DNA from: Acidimicrobiales bacterium
GTDB lineage: Bacteria; Actinomycetota; Acidimicrobiia; Acidimicrobiales; Iamiaceae
DNA: 64,000 nucleotides
Assembly: GCA_025463985.1 (NCBI GenBank)
Contig: JAODBM010000192.1
Span: 2,201 to 66,200, forward strand
Direction: 5' to 3'
Shown: positions 47,851-56,269 of the stretch, one piece after another
Layout of the letters: each line of letters opens with the position of its first letter
Numbering within the stretch: the first letter of the stretch is position 1
Position numbers and translations under genes: made by a program
The notes under the pieces: generated by a model
What the model was told of the DNA's origin: nothing
The model's database searches: none
Seen by the model: only the letters and a program-made list of their open reading frames with translations

Positions 47851-48518
47851 CCCCTCCAGCCGCAGGGCCGGCCGCCGAACCGGACGATGCGCCGGCGCCG
47901 TCCCCGGCCGCTCCGCGCAAGCGGGGTCGCCCCCGCAACCTCGAACCGAGCGCCGAGTACCGCCAGCGCCTCGAGAACATCGTGACCGTGGCCGCCGAGG
48001 TGTTCACCGCGCAGGGCTACGAGTCCGGCTCGCTCGACGACGTGGCCGCGGCGCTCGGGCTCCGCAAGGCCAGCCTCTACTACTACGTCAAGAAGAAGAG
48101 CGACCTGCTGCGACTCGTGTTCGACCGTGCCATCACCACCGCCCTGGAACAGGTCGAGGCGCTGGGCCACATCGAAGACCCCAAGGACCGGCTCTCGGCG
48201 CTGATCCGCCATCAGGCCCACCTGGTCGTCCGCGACCCGTCGCTGTTCGCGGTGTTCTTCGACCACCGAGCCGGCCTCACCGACGAGGCCATGGCGGACA
48301 TCGAGCCGAACGAGCGTCGTTACGTCCGGCACTTCGTGTCGGCGGTCGGGGCGGCCATGGACGCGGGCCACATCGCGAAGGCCGACCCCCGCACGGTCGC
48401 CCACGCCGTGCTCGGGATGACGAGCTGGTCGTACAAGTGGTTCGACCCGGCTCGCGACAGCGCGGACGGGTTCGCCGAGGCGTGCGTCGCGCTGGTGTTT
48501 CCACCCATTCGGACTTAA
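47847..48518 (+). CDS. TetR/AcrR-family transcriptional regulator
   Basis: GTG 47847 overlaps the thioesterase stop (GTGA) inside ORF 47553..48518. The helix-turn-helix is SLDDVAAALGLRKASLYYYVKKKSDLL. Confidence 0.85.
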   Translation: MTPPAAGPAAEPDDAPAPSPAAPRKRGRPRNLEPSAEYRQRLENIVTVAAEVFTAQGYESGSLDDVAAALGLRKASLYYYVKKKSDLLRLVFDRAITTALEQVEALGHIEDPKDRLSALIRHQAHLVVRDPSLFAVFFDHRAGLTDEAMADIEPNERRYVRHFVSAVGAAMDAGHIAKADPRTVAHAVLGMTSWSYKWFDPARDSADGFAEACVALVFPPIRT

Positions 48519-48542
48519 TCAATAAATTATTCGACTCATCGG

Positions 48543-48572
48543 TTGACAAAAGTCGCGGCTCGGCCATACCGT
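48543..48572 (+). promoter_or_regulatory. Putative promoter: -35 TTGACA, 18-nt spacer, -10 TACCGT
   Basis: TTGACA is at 48543-48548 and TACCGT at 48567-48572. The 11-nt palindrome AATAAATTATT (48521-48531) lies just upstream. The hexamers match those of the promoter candidate at 55442. Confidence 0.5.
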
Positions 48573-48627
48573 CTTCGGTGCTGCGGGACCGCCCTTCGCG
48601 GCAGCACGTTCTAAGACGGAGGACGCG

Positions 48628-49857
48628 ATGTCAGAGGCCTGGATCATCGATGGCGTGAGGTCCCCCCGGGGCAAGGGGAAGGCGAACGGCTCGCTCCACC
48701 ACATCCACCCGCAGGAGCTGCTCGGGCAGGTGCTCAACGCGCTGCGCGATCGGGTCGGGATCGATCCCTCCGAGGTCGACGACGTGGTGATGGGCAACGG
48801 CAACTCCGTCGGCGATCACGGGTGCGACATCGGCCGGCAGGCGGTGCTCGCCGCCGGTTGGCCGATCGAGGTGCCGGGCGTGACGCTCAACCGCTGGTGC
48901 GGCTCGGGCCAGCAGGCGGTCACCTTCGCGGCCATGGGCGTGCAGTCGGGCCAGCAGCAGCTGGTCGTCGGCGGCGGCGTCGACATGATGTCGCGCTGGC
49001 CGGCCGAGGACGCGCCCGCCGACTTCGCCGCCGGCAACGCCAAGCTCCGCGAGGCGTTCCCGTTCGTGCCGCAGGGCATCTCGGCGGACCTGATCGCGAC
49101 GCTCGAAGGCTTCTCCCGCGAGGACGTCGACGCCTTCGCGCTGCGCAGCCAGGAGCGGGCCGCGCAGGCGCTCTCGGAGGGACGCTTCGAGCGCAGCGTG
49201 GTCCCCATCCACAACCCCGACGGGACGATCGCGCTCGACCATGACGAGCACCCGCGGCCGTCCACGACGCTGGAGGGCCTGGCCAAGCTCGACGCCTCCT
49301 TCGCCAAGCTCGGCTCGCTGGTCCTCGACGGGTACGACACCTCGTTCGACGAGATGTGCCGGCAGGTGTATCCGCAGGTCGCGGCCGTCGACCACGTGCA
49401 CCACGCGGGGAACTCGTCGGGTGTCGTCGACGGCGCGGCGGCGATCCTCGTGGCCAGCTCGGACTACGCGACCGCGCATGGCTTGGCGCCCCGGGCCCGC
49501 GTCGTGATGAGCGGGGTGGCCGGGTCCGAGCCGGTGATCATGCTCACCGCGCCAGGCGCCGCCGCGCAGCGCTGCCTCGATCGAGCCGGCATGACCGTGG
49601 CCGACGTGGACCTGTGGGAGATCAACGAGGCGTTCGCGACCGTGCCCATGAAGACGATCCGCGACCTCGACCTCGACCCCGACAAGGTAAACGTCAACGG
49701 CGGCGCGATAGCCCTCGGCCACCCGATCGGCGCCACCGGGGCGATGCTGATCCAGACGGCGCTCGACGAGCTCGAGCGCCGCGATCTCTCCACGGCGCTC
49801 GTGGCCATGTGCACCGGCGGGGGGATGGGGACCGCCACGCTCATCGAGCGGATCTGA
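48628..49857 (+). CDS. Acetyl-CoA C-acyltransferase (thiolase)
   Basis: 409-aa ORF with the nucleophile motif LNRWCGSGQQAV and C-terminal NVNGGAIALGHPIGATGA and MCTGGGMG. Confidence 0.92.
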   Translation: MSEAWIIDGVRSPRGKGKANGSLHHIHPQELLGQVLNALRDRVGIDPSEVDDVVMGNGNSVGDHGCDIGRQAVLAAGWPIEVPGVTLNRWCGSGQQAVTFAAMGVQSGQQQLVVGGGVDMMSRWPAEDAPADFAAGNAKLREAFPFVPQGISADLIATLEGFSREDVDAFALRSQERAAQALSEGRFERSVVPIHNPDGTIALDHDEHPRPSTTLEGLAKLDASFAKLGSLVLDGYDTSFDEMCRQVYPQVAAVDHVHHAGNSSGVVDGAAAILVASSDYATAHGLAPRARVVMSGVAGSEPVIMLTAPGAAAQRCLDRAGMTVADVDLWEINEAFATVPMKTIRDLDLDPDKVNVNGGAIALGHPIGATGAMLIQTALDELERRDLSTALVAMCTGGGMGTATLIERI

Positions 49858-49928
49858 ACGTGGCGGACGCAGAAGGTCGAGGGGGCCCTCCTGTGGTGGT
49901 CCGTGGCATCCGCAACGGGAGCCCGGTC

Positions 49929-51719
49929 ATGATCGAGTGGCGCGACGGCGTGCTGTCGGGTGATCCGCCGACGATCGATCTCATCGAGGTCGAGGCCGGC
50001 ATGGCCGTCGTCGGCGCCACCGATCCGCTGGTGGCGCGCTCGGGTGGACCGCTCGTCGGCGCGACGCGCGACGAGCTCCTCGGCACCGCGACGCAGGCGC
50101 TCGCGGTCATCCGTCGGGTCGTCGACCGGGTGACCGAGGTGACGCCCGCGTGGCTCGGCACCGCGCCCGCCACGGTGGCGGACATCGTGCGGGCCAACGG
50201 CGTCCTGCGCGGTGCGCACCAGGCGATCGTGGTCGGCGAGCAGTCCTGCACCTGGGCGCAGCTCGACGCCCGGTCCAGCCAGGTCGCCGTCGCGCTCGAA
50301 GCCGACGGCATCGGCGCCGGCAACCGGGTCGCCATCCTCGAGAAGAGCTCGATCGAGACGTTCGAGGTGCTGTTCGGCTGCGCCAAGCTGAACGCGGTCG
50401 CCGTGTCGATCAGCTGGCGCCTCGTGGCCCGGGAGCTGGCCGTCCTGCTCAACGATTCGCGGGCGACGGTGCTGGTCGTGGGCACCGACTTCCTGCCGCT
50501 CGCCACCGCCGTCGAGCCGCTCTTGGAGTTCGTCAAGACGATCCTGGTGATCGGCGCCAGCGATCCCTACCCGAGCTATGCCGAGTGGCGCGACGCATGT
50601 TCGGCCACGGATCCGTCCGCCGACAGCGCGGACGACGACGTCGTGCTGCAGCTCTACACGTCGGGGACGACCGGTGTTCCCAAAGGCGTCATGCTCACGA
50701 ATCGGAACCTCATCGAGCTCGTGCGCGGCGCGGAGATGCTCGGCTTCGAGGAGACCAGCATCAACCTGGTGCCGCTGCCGCTGTTCCACATCGGGGGCTG
50801 CGGCTATGCGTTGATCGGGATGTCGACGGGCTGCGTCACGGTGCTGGTTCGGGAGATCGATCCGGCCGACATGCTCCGCATCGTGGTCGAGCAGGGCGTC
50901 ACCAACATGTTCGTCGCGCCGGCCGTGCTCCAGCTCATGCTCGGGGTTCCGGGCGTCGACACGATGGACTTCTCGCGGCTTCGCTACATCGTCTACGGCG
51001 CCTCACCGGTCAGCAACGATCTGCTCGGGCGAGCGGTCTCCACGTTGGGATGCCGGTTCATCCAGGTCTATGGCCTCACCGAGACCACCGGCACGGTCAC
51101 CGTGCTGCCGCCGGAGGATCACGACCCCACCGGCCCCAACCCGCACCGGTTGCGGTCCGCCGGTCGCCCGGTCGAGGGGGCCGCGGTGCGCATCGTGCTC
51201 GCAGGCAGCGACACGGAGGCCGCAACGGGCGAGGTCGGCGAGATCTGGGTCCGGACCCCGCAGAACATGCTGGGCTACTGGCGCAAGCCCGACGAGACGG
51301 CGGCGGTGCTCACCGAGGCGGGCTGGTTGAAGACGGGTGATGCCGGCTACGTCGACGACGACGGCTATCTCTACATCCACGACCGGGTCAAAGACATGAT
51401 CATCTCGGGCGGCGAGAACGTGTATCCCGCTGAGGTCGAGAACGTGCTCATGTCGCACCCCGAGGTCGCCGCGGTCGCGGTGATCGGCGTGCCGAGCGAG
51501 CGCTGGGGCGAGACCGTGAAGGCGGTGGTCGTGGCCGTCCCCAACGCCGACCCCGACCCGAGCGAGATCATCGCGCTCGCCCGCGAGCAGTTGGCGCACT
51601 ACAAGTGTCCGACATCGGTGGACTTCGTCGATGCGCTCCCGCTGAACGCCGCGGGCAAGGTGCTCAAGCGCGAGCTGCGCGCCCCGTATTGGGGCGATCG
51701 TGCGAGGGCGATCAACTGA
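49929..51719 (+). CDS. AMP-dependent acyl-CoA synthetase/ligase with an extra N-terminal segment of about 80 aa
   Basis: Inside ORF 49356..51719. ATG 49929 is preceded by GGGAG at 7-nt spacing; GTG 49860 is an alternative. Motifs are LYTSGTTGVPKG, TGDAGYVDDDGYLYIHDRVKDMIISGGENVYP and GKVLKR. Confidence 0.85.
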   Translation: MIEWRDGVLSGDPPTIDLIEVEAGMAVVGATDPLVARSGGPLVGATRDELLGTATQALAVIRRVVDRVTEVTPAWLGTAPATVADIVRANGVLRGAHQAIVVGEQSCTWAQLDARSSQVAVALEADGIGAGNRVAILEKSSIETFEVLFGCAKLNAVAVSISWRLVARELAVLLNDSRATVLVVGTDFLPLATAVEPLLEFVKTILVIGASDPYPSYAEWRDACSATDPSADSADDDVVLQLYTSGTTGVPKGVMLTNRNLIELVRGAEMLGFEETSINLVPLPLFHIGGCGYALIGMSTGCVTVLVREIDPADMLRIVVEQGVTNMFVAPAVLQLMLGVPGVDTMDFSRLRYIVYGASPVSNDLLGRAVSTLGCRFIQVYGLTETTGTVTVLPPEDHDPTGPNPHRLRSAGRPVEGAAVRIVLAGSDTEAATGEVGEIWVRTPQNMLGYWRKPDETAAVLTEAGWLKTGDAGYVDDDGYLYIHDRVKDMIISGGENVYPAEVENVLMSHPEVAAVAVIGVPSERWGETVKAVVVAVPNADPDPSEIIALAREQLAHYKCPTSVDFVDALPLNAAGKVLKRELRAPYWGDRARAIN

Positions 51720-51809
51720 AAACACGTCTCCAGATGAAAGCAAATATGGCTCCCCGTCGGTGCATCAAGCACCTGGTATGGCGAGGGGTTCGACCACAAG
51801 GGGGAAACC

Positions 51810-52199
51810 ATGAAGCTTGATGCAAAGGGAACGACGATCCACGAGGACTCGCTCACCGTGGAGCTGAAGCAGCTCGAGGCGCTCGGCGCGGCGATCGGCA
51901 CGCCCAGCGCAGCCGAGACGGCAGGGCTGGTGACCTGGTTCGGGGCCACGGTTGGTGGCGATGCGCCGCTGGTCAAGGCCCTCGACATGGACCTGAGCCG
52001 CGCGCTGCTCACCGGCCAGGGCTACCAATGGCGCCGGCCGTTCGAGGTGGGCGAGGACGTGTCCGTGCGCGTGATGGTGGACGACGTCTACGAGAAGAAC
52101 GGCAACCAGTTCGCGGTCGTTCTGGCGGAGTTCCGTGACGCGGGCGGCGAGCTCATCCAGGCGCAGACCACGACGTTCATCGAACGAGGAGCAACGTGA
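51810..52199 (+). CDS. Hotdog-fold protein, MaoC-N / FAS1-dehydratase-like partner subunit
   Basis: 129-aa ORF after AAGGGGGAAA. It lacks the D-x-N-x-x-H hydratase motif. It overlaps the next hotdog gene by 4 nt. Confidence 0.6.
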   Translation: MKLDAKGTTIHEDSLTVELKQLEALGAAIGTPSAAETAGLVTWFGATVGGDAPLVKALDMDLSRALLTGQGYQWRRPFEVGEDVSVRVMVDDVYEKNGNQFAVVLAEFRDAGGELIQAQTTTFIERGAT

Positions 52200-52543
52200 G
52201 CTCGATCCAACCCGGCACGACCGAGCAGGTGACCCGCGAGCAGATCGCGCGGTATGCCGAGGCGGTCGGCGACTTCAACCCCATGCACCTGGACGACGAC
52301 TTTGCCAAGAAGGCGGGGTTGCCGTCGGTGATCGCGCATGGCCCGCTCACGCTGGCCCTGGCGATCGACGTGCTCGTCGCGCAGTTCGGCGCCGCGCAGC
52401 TGCGCGGCGTCGAGGCGCGTCTGCGGGCGCCCGTGTTCCCCGGTGACCGGCTCGAGGTCGTGCCGACCGAGACCGGCATCGAGGTGCGCAAGGCCGACGG
52501 CACCGTCGTCATCACCGCCGTCATCGACCTCGGGCGGCCCTGA
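52196..52543 (+). CDS. MaoC-like (R)-specific enoyl-CoA hydratase subunit
   Basis: GTG 52196 overlaps the upstream stop. The hydratase motif is GDFNPMHLDDDFAKKAG. Confidence 0.8.
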   Translation: MSSIQPGTTEQVTREQIARYAEAVGDFNPMHLDDDFAKKAGLPSVIAHGPLTLALAIDVLVAQFGAAQLRGVEARLRAPVFPGDRLEVVPTETGIEVRKADGTVVITAVIDLGRP

Positions 52544-53334
52544 TGGGCTACCAGTACCTCCTCGAGGACGACCAGCCGGCGGGCGTGCGCGTCCTCACCC
52601 TCAACCGCCCGGACCGCCTCAACTCCTGGAACGCCGAGATGCGCGGCGAGATGCGGGACGCGATCGATCGGGCGGCCAACGATCAGACCTTGCGCTGCCT
52701 GGTGCTCGCCGGCGCCGGCCGGGCGTTCTCCGCCGGTGAGGACGTCTCGGGCATGGGTGACCTCACCGCGATGGGGACGCGTGGCTTCCGCGCCGCGGCC
52801 CGGGGGATCCACGACGTCTTCGACACCATCGAGGCGATCGAGATCCCGGTGATCGCCGCCATCGACGGCGTCGCCGCCGGCGGCGGCTTCGAGCTCGCGC
52901 TCTCGTGCGACTTCCGCGTGCTCTCCGAGCGGGCGCGGTTCGTCATGCCGGAGGCCAAGGTCGGGTTGATCCCGGGCAGCGGTGGCTGCTCGCGCCTGGT
53001 CAAGCACGTCAGCCTCGGTCGGGCGAAGGAGCTGGTGATGCTCGGCGGCTCGTTGACTGCCGACGCCGCGCTCCAGATGGGGCTGGCCACCGAGGTGCGG
53101 CCCGAGGGCCAGGCCCTCGATGGTGCGCTCGAGCTGGCGGCCCGTCTGGGCCAGCTCGCACCGCTCGCCATCGGCATGGCCAAGCTGGTGCTCAACACCT
53201 GCACCGACGTCGACGCCGAGACGGGGCGCAAGCTCGAGCGGCTCGGGCAGAGCGTGCTGAAGCTCACTGATGATCATCGCGAGGGGGCGACGGCGTTCAT
53301 GGAGAAGCGTGCACCGCAGTGGCGTGGCCTCTGA
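52543..53334 (+). CDS. Enoyl-CoA hydratase/isomerase (crotonase family)
   Basis: ATG shares one nucleotide (A at 52543) with the upstream TGA stop (52541-52543). Motifs are LTLNRPDRLNS, LAGAGRAFSAGEDV and GATAFMEKRAPQW. Confidence 0.9.
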   Translation: MGYQYLLEDDQPAGVRVLTLNRPDRLNSWNAEMRGEMRDAIDRAANDQTLRCLVLAGAGRAFSAGEDVSGMGDLTAMGTRGFRAAARGIHDVFDTIEAIEIPVIAAIDGVAAGGGFELALSCDFRVLSERARFVMPEAKVGLIPGSGGCSRLVKHVSLGRAKELVMLGGSLTADAALQMGLATEVRPEGQALDGALELAARLGQLAPLAIGMAKLVLNTCTDVDAETGRKLERLGQSVLKLTDDHREGATAFMEKRAPQWRGL

Positions 53335-54421
53335 CCTGATCCAGGCCGGCAAGACCTCCCCGACCGGGGCGGCCGCGGCCGCGGCCCGCCATGCCGAGCT
53401 GAGCATCTACGTGACGCCGGGCCGCGTCGCCAACCCCGTGGTGGCCTTGGCCGAGGCGCACGATGCCGAGCGGGCGGGCTTCGGGGGCGTGTGGGTCAGC
53501 GAGCGGCTCGACGTGAAGGAAGCCGGCGTCGTGTGCGGTGCGGTCGCGGCCACGACGCGCGACCTCACGATCGGCACCGCGCTGATCCACCAGGGCACGC
53601 GCCACCCGCTGACGATCGCCGCGCTGGCTGCGACCACGCAGTCGCTGTCGGGCGGTCGGTTCGTGCTGGGCATCGGCCGGGGGCTGGATGCCCTCGCGCC
53701 CGCGCTCGGGGTGCCGAAGCCGACTTTGGCCGGCGTCGAGCACCTCGTGAGCATCCTGCGCCGGCTGTGGGCCGGCGAGCGGGTGTCGGAGAGCGGCGCC
53801 GCCGGCACGTTCGGCAGCCTCCGCTTTGCCGACCTGCCGGAGGGCGGCGGGCCACCGATCGTCTTCGGAACCATCGGGCCGCGCGGTCTCGACCTCGCCG
53901 GCCGGGTGTTCGACGGAGTGATCCTGCACCCGTTCCTCACGACCGCGGCCGTCGCGGAGTCGGTCGCCACCGTGCGCCGCGCCGCCGAGGAGGCGGGCCG
54001 CGATCCCGCCGCGGTGCGGATCATCTCCACGCTCGTCGCCGCCCCCGACCTCGCCGCCGATCGGGAGGACGTCGTGGTGCGCGCTCGCGCCGTGAGCTAC
54101 TTCCAGGTACGCGGGCTCGGCGAGCTCATCACCCGCTGGAACGGCTGGGACCCAAGCGTCCTGCAGCACCTCCGCGACCACCCCACGCTCGCCGGCAAGG
54201 GCATCGCCGACACCGCGTTGACCCGTGATCGGCTGGTCGCCTCCGCCGAGGTCATCCCCGACGAGTGGTTCACGACGGGCGCGGCGCTCGGGTCGACCGC
54301 GGCCTGCGCGGCGCGGGCCCGCGCCTATCTGGACGCCGGCGCCGATGAGGTGCTGTTCCATGGCGCGTCGCCCGCGGAGGCCGCGGGCATCGCCACCCAG
54401 TGGTCCCTCCCGCGTCCATGA
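53324..54421 (+). CDS. Luciferase-like monooxygenase (LLM) family oxidoreductase, F420/FMN class
   Basis: Inside ORF 53270..54421. The start is uncertain (GTG 53324 or GTG 53309). Motifs are GFGGVWVSERL, SGGRFVLGIGRG and LVSILRRLWAGE. Confidence 0.75.
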   Translation: MASDLIQAGKTSPTGAAAAAARHAELSIYVTPGRVANPVVALAEAHDAERAGFGGVWVSERLDVKEAGVVCGAVAATTRDLTIGTALIHQGTRHPLTIAALAATTQSLSGGRFVLGIGRGLDALAPALGVPKPTLAGVEHLVSILRRLWAGERVSESGAAGTFGSLRFADLPEGGGPPIVFGTIGPRGLDLAGRVFDGVILHPFLTTAAVAESVATVRRAAEEAGRDPAAVRIISTLVAAPDLAADREDVVVRARAVSYFQVRGLGELITRWNGWDPSVLQHLRDHPTLAGKGIADTALTRDRLVASAEVIPDEWFTTGAALGSTAACAARARAYLDAGADEVLFHGASPAEAAGIATQWSLPRP

Positions 54422-55428
54422 GAGCGCCGTCCGAGCTCGCCCTCGACGATCTCGCCGGCGTGATGACGGCGGCGCTCGGTCAGCCCGTGACCGTCGACGG
54501 GCTCACTCGCCTGAAGGGCGGCTACTCGCGGGAGATGTGGACGTTCGACGCCCGCACCGCCGCGGGCGACGTGCTCGAGCTGGTGCTCTGCGCCGACGGT
54601 CCGGCCGGCGTCGTGGAGCGGGGCGCGCAGTCGCTCGATCGGGTCGAGGAGCACGCGCTCCTGCAGGCGCTCCATGGCCATGGGCTCCCGGTCCCCGCGG
54701 TGTTCGCCACCGGTGACGGCACGCACGACCTCCGGCGCCCGTTCCTCGTGATGGAGCGCGTGTCGGGCACGGCGGCGATCGGCCCGCTCATGCGCGAGCA
54801 GCACTACGTCGAGCGCCGCCACGCGTTCGCCACGCAGAAGGCCGAGATCCTCGCGGCGATCCACGCCGCCCCGGTGCTCGACACGCTGCCGGCGCGCCTG
54901 CGCCCGGCCCCCGACGCGCTCGCGGCCGACGAGGTGCGCCGCTGGGCCGCGGCGTACGACGAGACCCCCGCGGCCGCGACGCCGACCGTGCGGAGCGCCA
55001 TCGCCTGGCTCGAGGCGAACATCCCGGCGGCGCCGGCCGAGCTCGTGCTCGTGCACGGCGACTACCGCACCGGAAACCTGATGTACGGCCCCGAGGGCAT
55101 CCGCACGGTCCTCGACTGGGAGATGGCCCACCTCGGCGACCCGGTCGAGGACGTCGCTTGGGCCCAGCTCGTGTCCTGGCGGGCCGGGACCGGGCTCGTC
55201 GGCGTGCTGGTCGACCAGCCGACGTGGGTGGCGCTCTACGAGAAGGCCGCGGGGCGCACCGTCGACCCGGCGGTGCTGCGGTTCTGGGAGGTCGTCGCCG
55301 CCGTGAAGATGGCGAGCCTCGCCTGGCGCGCGCGCGAGATGACCGAGGAGCCCCGCGAGCGCGACCTGCTCGGCCGGATCTTCGACGACCTCGGCCGCGA
55401 GCTCGGTCAGGTCCTGCGGCCGGATTGA
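54418..55428 (+). CDS. APH-family phosphotransferase (kinase)
   Basis: ATG 54418 overlaps the LLM stop (ATGA); GTG 54400 is an alternative. Motifs are LVHGDYRTGNLMYG and VLDWEMAHLGDPVEDVA. Confidence 0.85.
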   Translation: MRAPSELALDDLAGVMTAALGQPVTVDGLTRLKGGYSREMWTFDARTAAGDVLELVLCADGPAGVVERGAQSLDRVEEHALLQALHGHGLPVPAVFATGDGTHDLRRPFLVMERVSGTAAIGPLMREQHYVERRHAFATQKAEILAAIHAAPVLDTLPARLRPAPDALAADEVRRWAAAYDETPAAATPTVRSAIAWLEANIPAAPAELVLVHGDYRTGNLMYGPEGIRTVLDWEMAHLGDPVEDVAWAQLVSWRAGTGLVGVLVDQPTWVALYEKAAGRTVDPAVLRFWEVVAAVKMASLAWRAREMTEEPRERDLLGRIFDDLGRELGQVLRPD

Positions 55429-55441
55429 TTCTACTGACGGG

Positions 55442-55470
55442 TTGACAGAAATCCGGCGGGGTCCTACCGT
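55442..55470 (+). promoter_or_regulatory. Putative promoter: -35 TTGACA, 17-nt spacer, -10 TACCGT
   Basis: TTGACA is at 55442-55447 and TACCGT at 55465-55470. It lies 22 nt upstream of ATG 55492, which follows TGGAGG. Confidence 0.5.
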
Positions 55471-55491
55471 GCCCACCTGGAGGTGCTTGCC

Positions 55492-56211
55492 ATGACGGTT
55501 GCAATGGCGCAGCGGGTGTACGAAGAGGGCGATCCAGACATGCCGGAGGAGTTCGCCGAACTGCTCCGGCGGATGCTCACGCATCACCTGGAGAACTCGA
55601 CGAACCCGCACTACACCGAGCTGCTCAGCCACCTCTGGGCCCGCGGCATGGCTCTGGCACCCGAAGAGCGGCTGAAGACGACCTACGCCAAGCTGATGCA
55701 GCAAGAGGTCGAGCACGGCGTGATCACCTCGCGCATCCTCGCCGGCCTCGGCGTCGGGCCGATCGTCCAGCCCATCAAGCAGTACCTGTTCCACCTCCCG
55801 ATCGACACGTTCTGCGACATGGCGTACTTCAACGCGCTGGGCGACCGCGTCGGTTGCTACATCGGTGAGACGTGGGAGGACGTGCCGTACCGGCCGCTCC
55901 TCAACGTCGCCGAGCGCCTGCACAAGGACGAGGTGTTCCACGCCACGTTCGGGCTGTCGAACCTGCGGCGCGTGTGCTCGACGCCCGAGGGCCTCGCCGA
56001 GGCCAACGAGAAGATCACGATCTGGTGGCCGGCGGCGCTCGACATGTTCGGCCGCTCCGATTCGCAGTTCTCGGAGTCGTATGTGACGTGGGGCCTGCGC
56101 AAGCTCGACAACGAGGCGCTGCGGCGGCAGTACATCGCCGAGACCCGGCCGCTGCTCGAGGATCTCGGCATCACCGTGCCCGACGATCTCGCCAACCGTC
56201 GGTTCCTCTGA
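55492..56211 (+). CDS. Ferritin-like di-iron protein of the PaaA/PaaC (phenylacetyl-CoA oxygenase) family
   Basis: ATG 55492 is 8 nt after GGAGG; GTG 55483 is an alternative. Candidate carboxylate-bridged di-iron ligand motifs are QQEVEHG and HKDEVFH. The C-terminus WGLRKLDNEALRRQYIAETRPLLEDLGITVPD resembles PaaA. Confidence 0.65.
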   Translation: MTVAMAQRVYEEGDPDMPEEFAELLRRMLTHHLENSTNPHYTELLSHLWARGMALAPEERLKTTYAKLMQQEVEHGVITSRILAGLGVGPIVQPIKQYLFHLPIDTFCDMAYFNALGDRVGCYIGETWEDVPYRPLLNVAERLHKDEVFHATFGLSNLRRVCSTPEGLAEANEKITIWWPAALDMFGRSDSQFSESYVTWGLRKLDNEALRRQYIAETRPLLEDLGITVPDDLANRRFL

Positions 56212-56256
56212 CGCTCCCGTCAGGCGTGCGCTGGCGACCGGTCGCCCGGCTCCGGC

Positions 56257-56262
56257 TAACAT
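56257..56262 (+). promoter_or_regulatory. -10-like hexamer TAACAT placed 7 nt before the ATG of the DUF35 gene (possible leaderless transcript)
   Basis: TAACAT (TANNNT) is at 56257-56262. ATG 56270 has no Shine-Dalgarno sequence upstream. The hexamer is embedded in the near-palindrome CTAACATTAG (56256-56265). Confidence 0.35.
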
Positions 56263-56269
56263 TAGTTGA

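Noticed and set aside
51720-51809. The longer leaders (48573-48627, 51720-51809, 32253-32336) could hold a riboswitch or small RNA.
   Set aside because: One leader has a 7-bp stem (GTGCTGC 48578-48584 with GCAGCAC 48601-48607). I recognise no conserved riboswitch core (TPP, cobalamin, Moco, SAM and so on) in any of them, so the evidence is insufficient.
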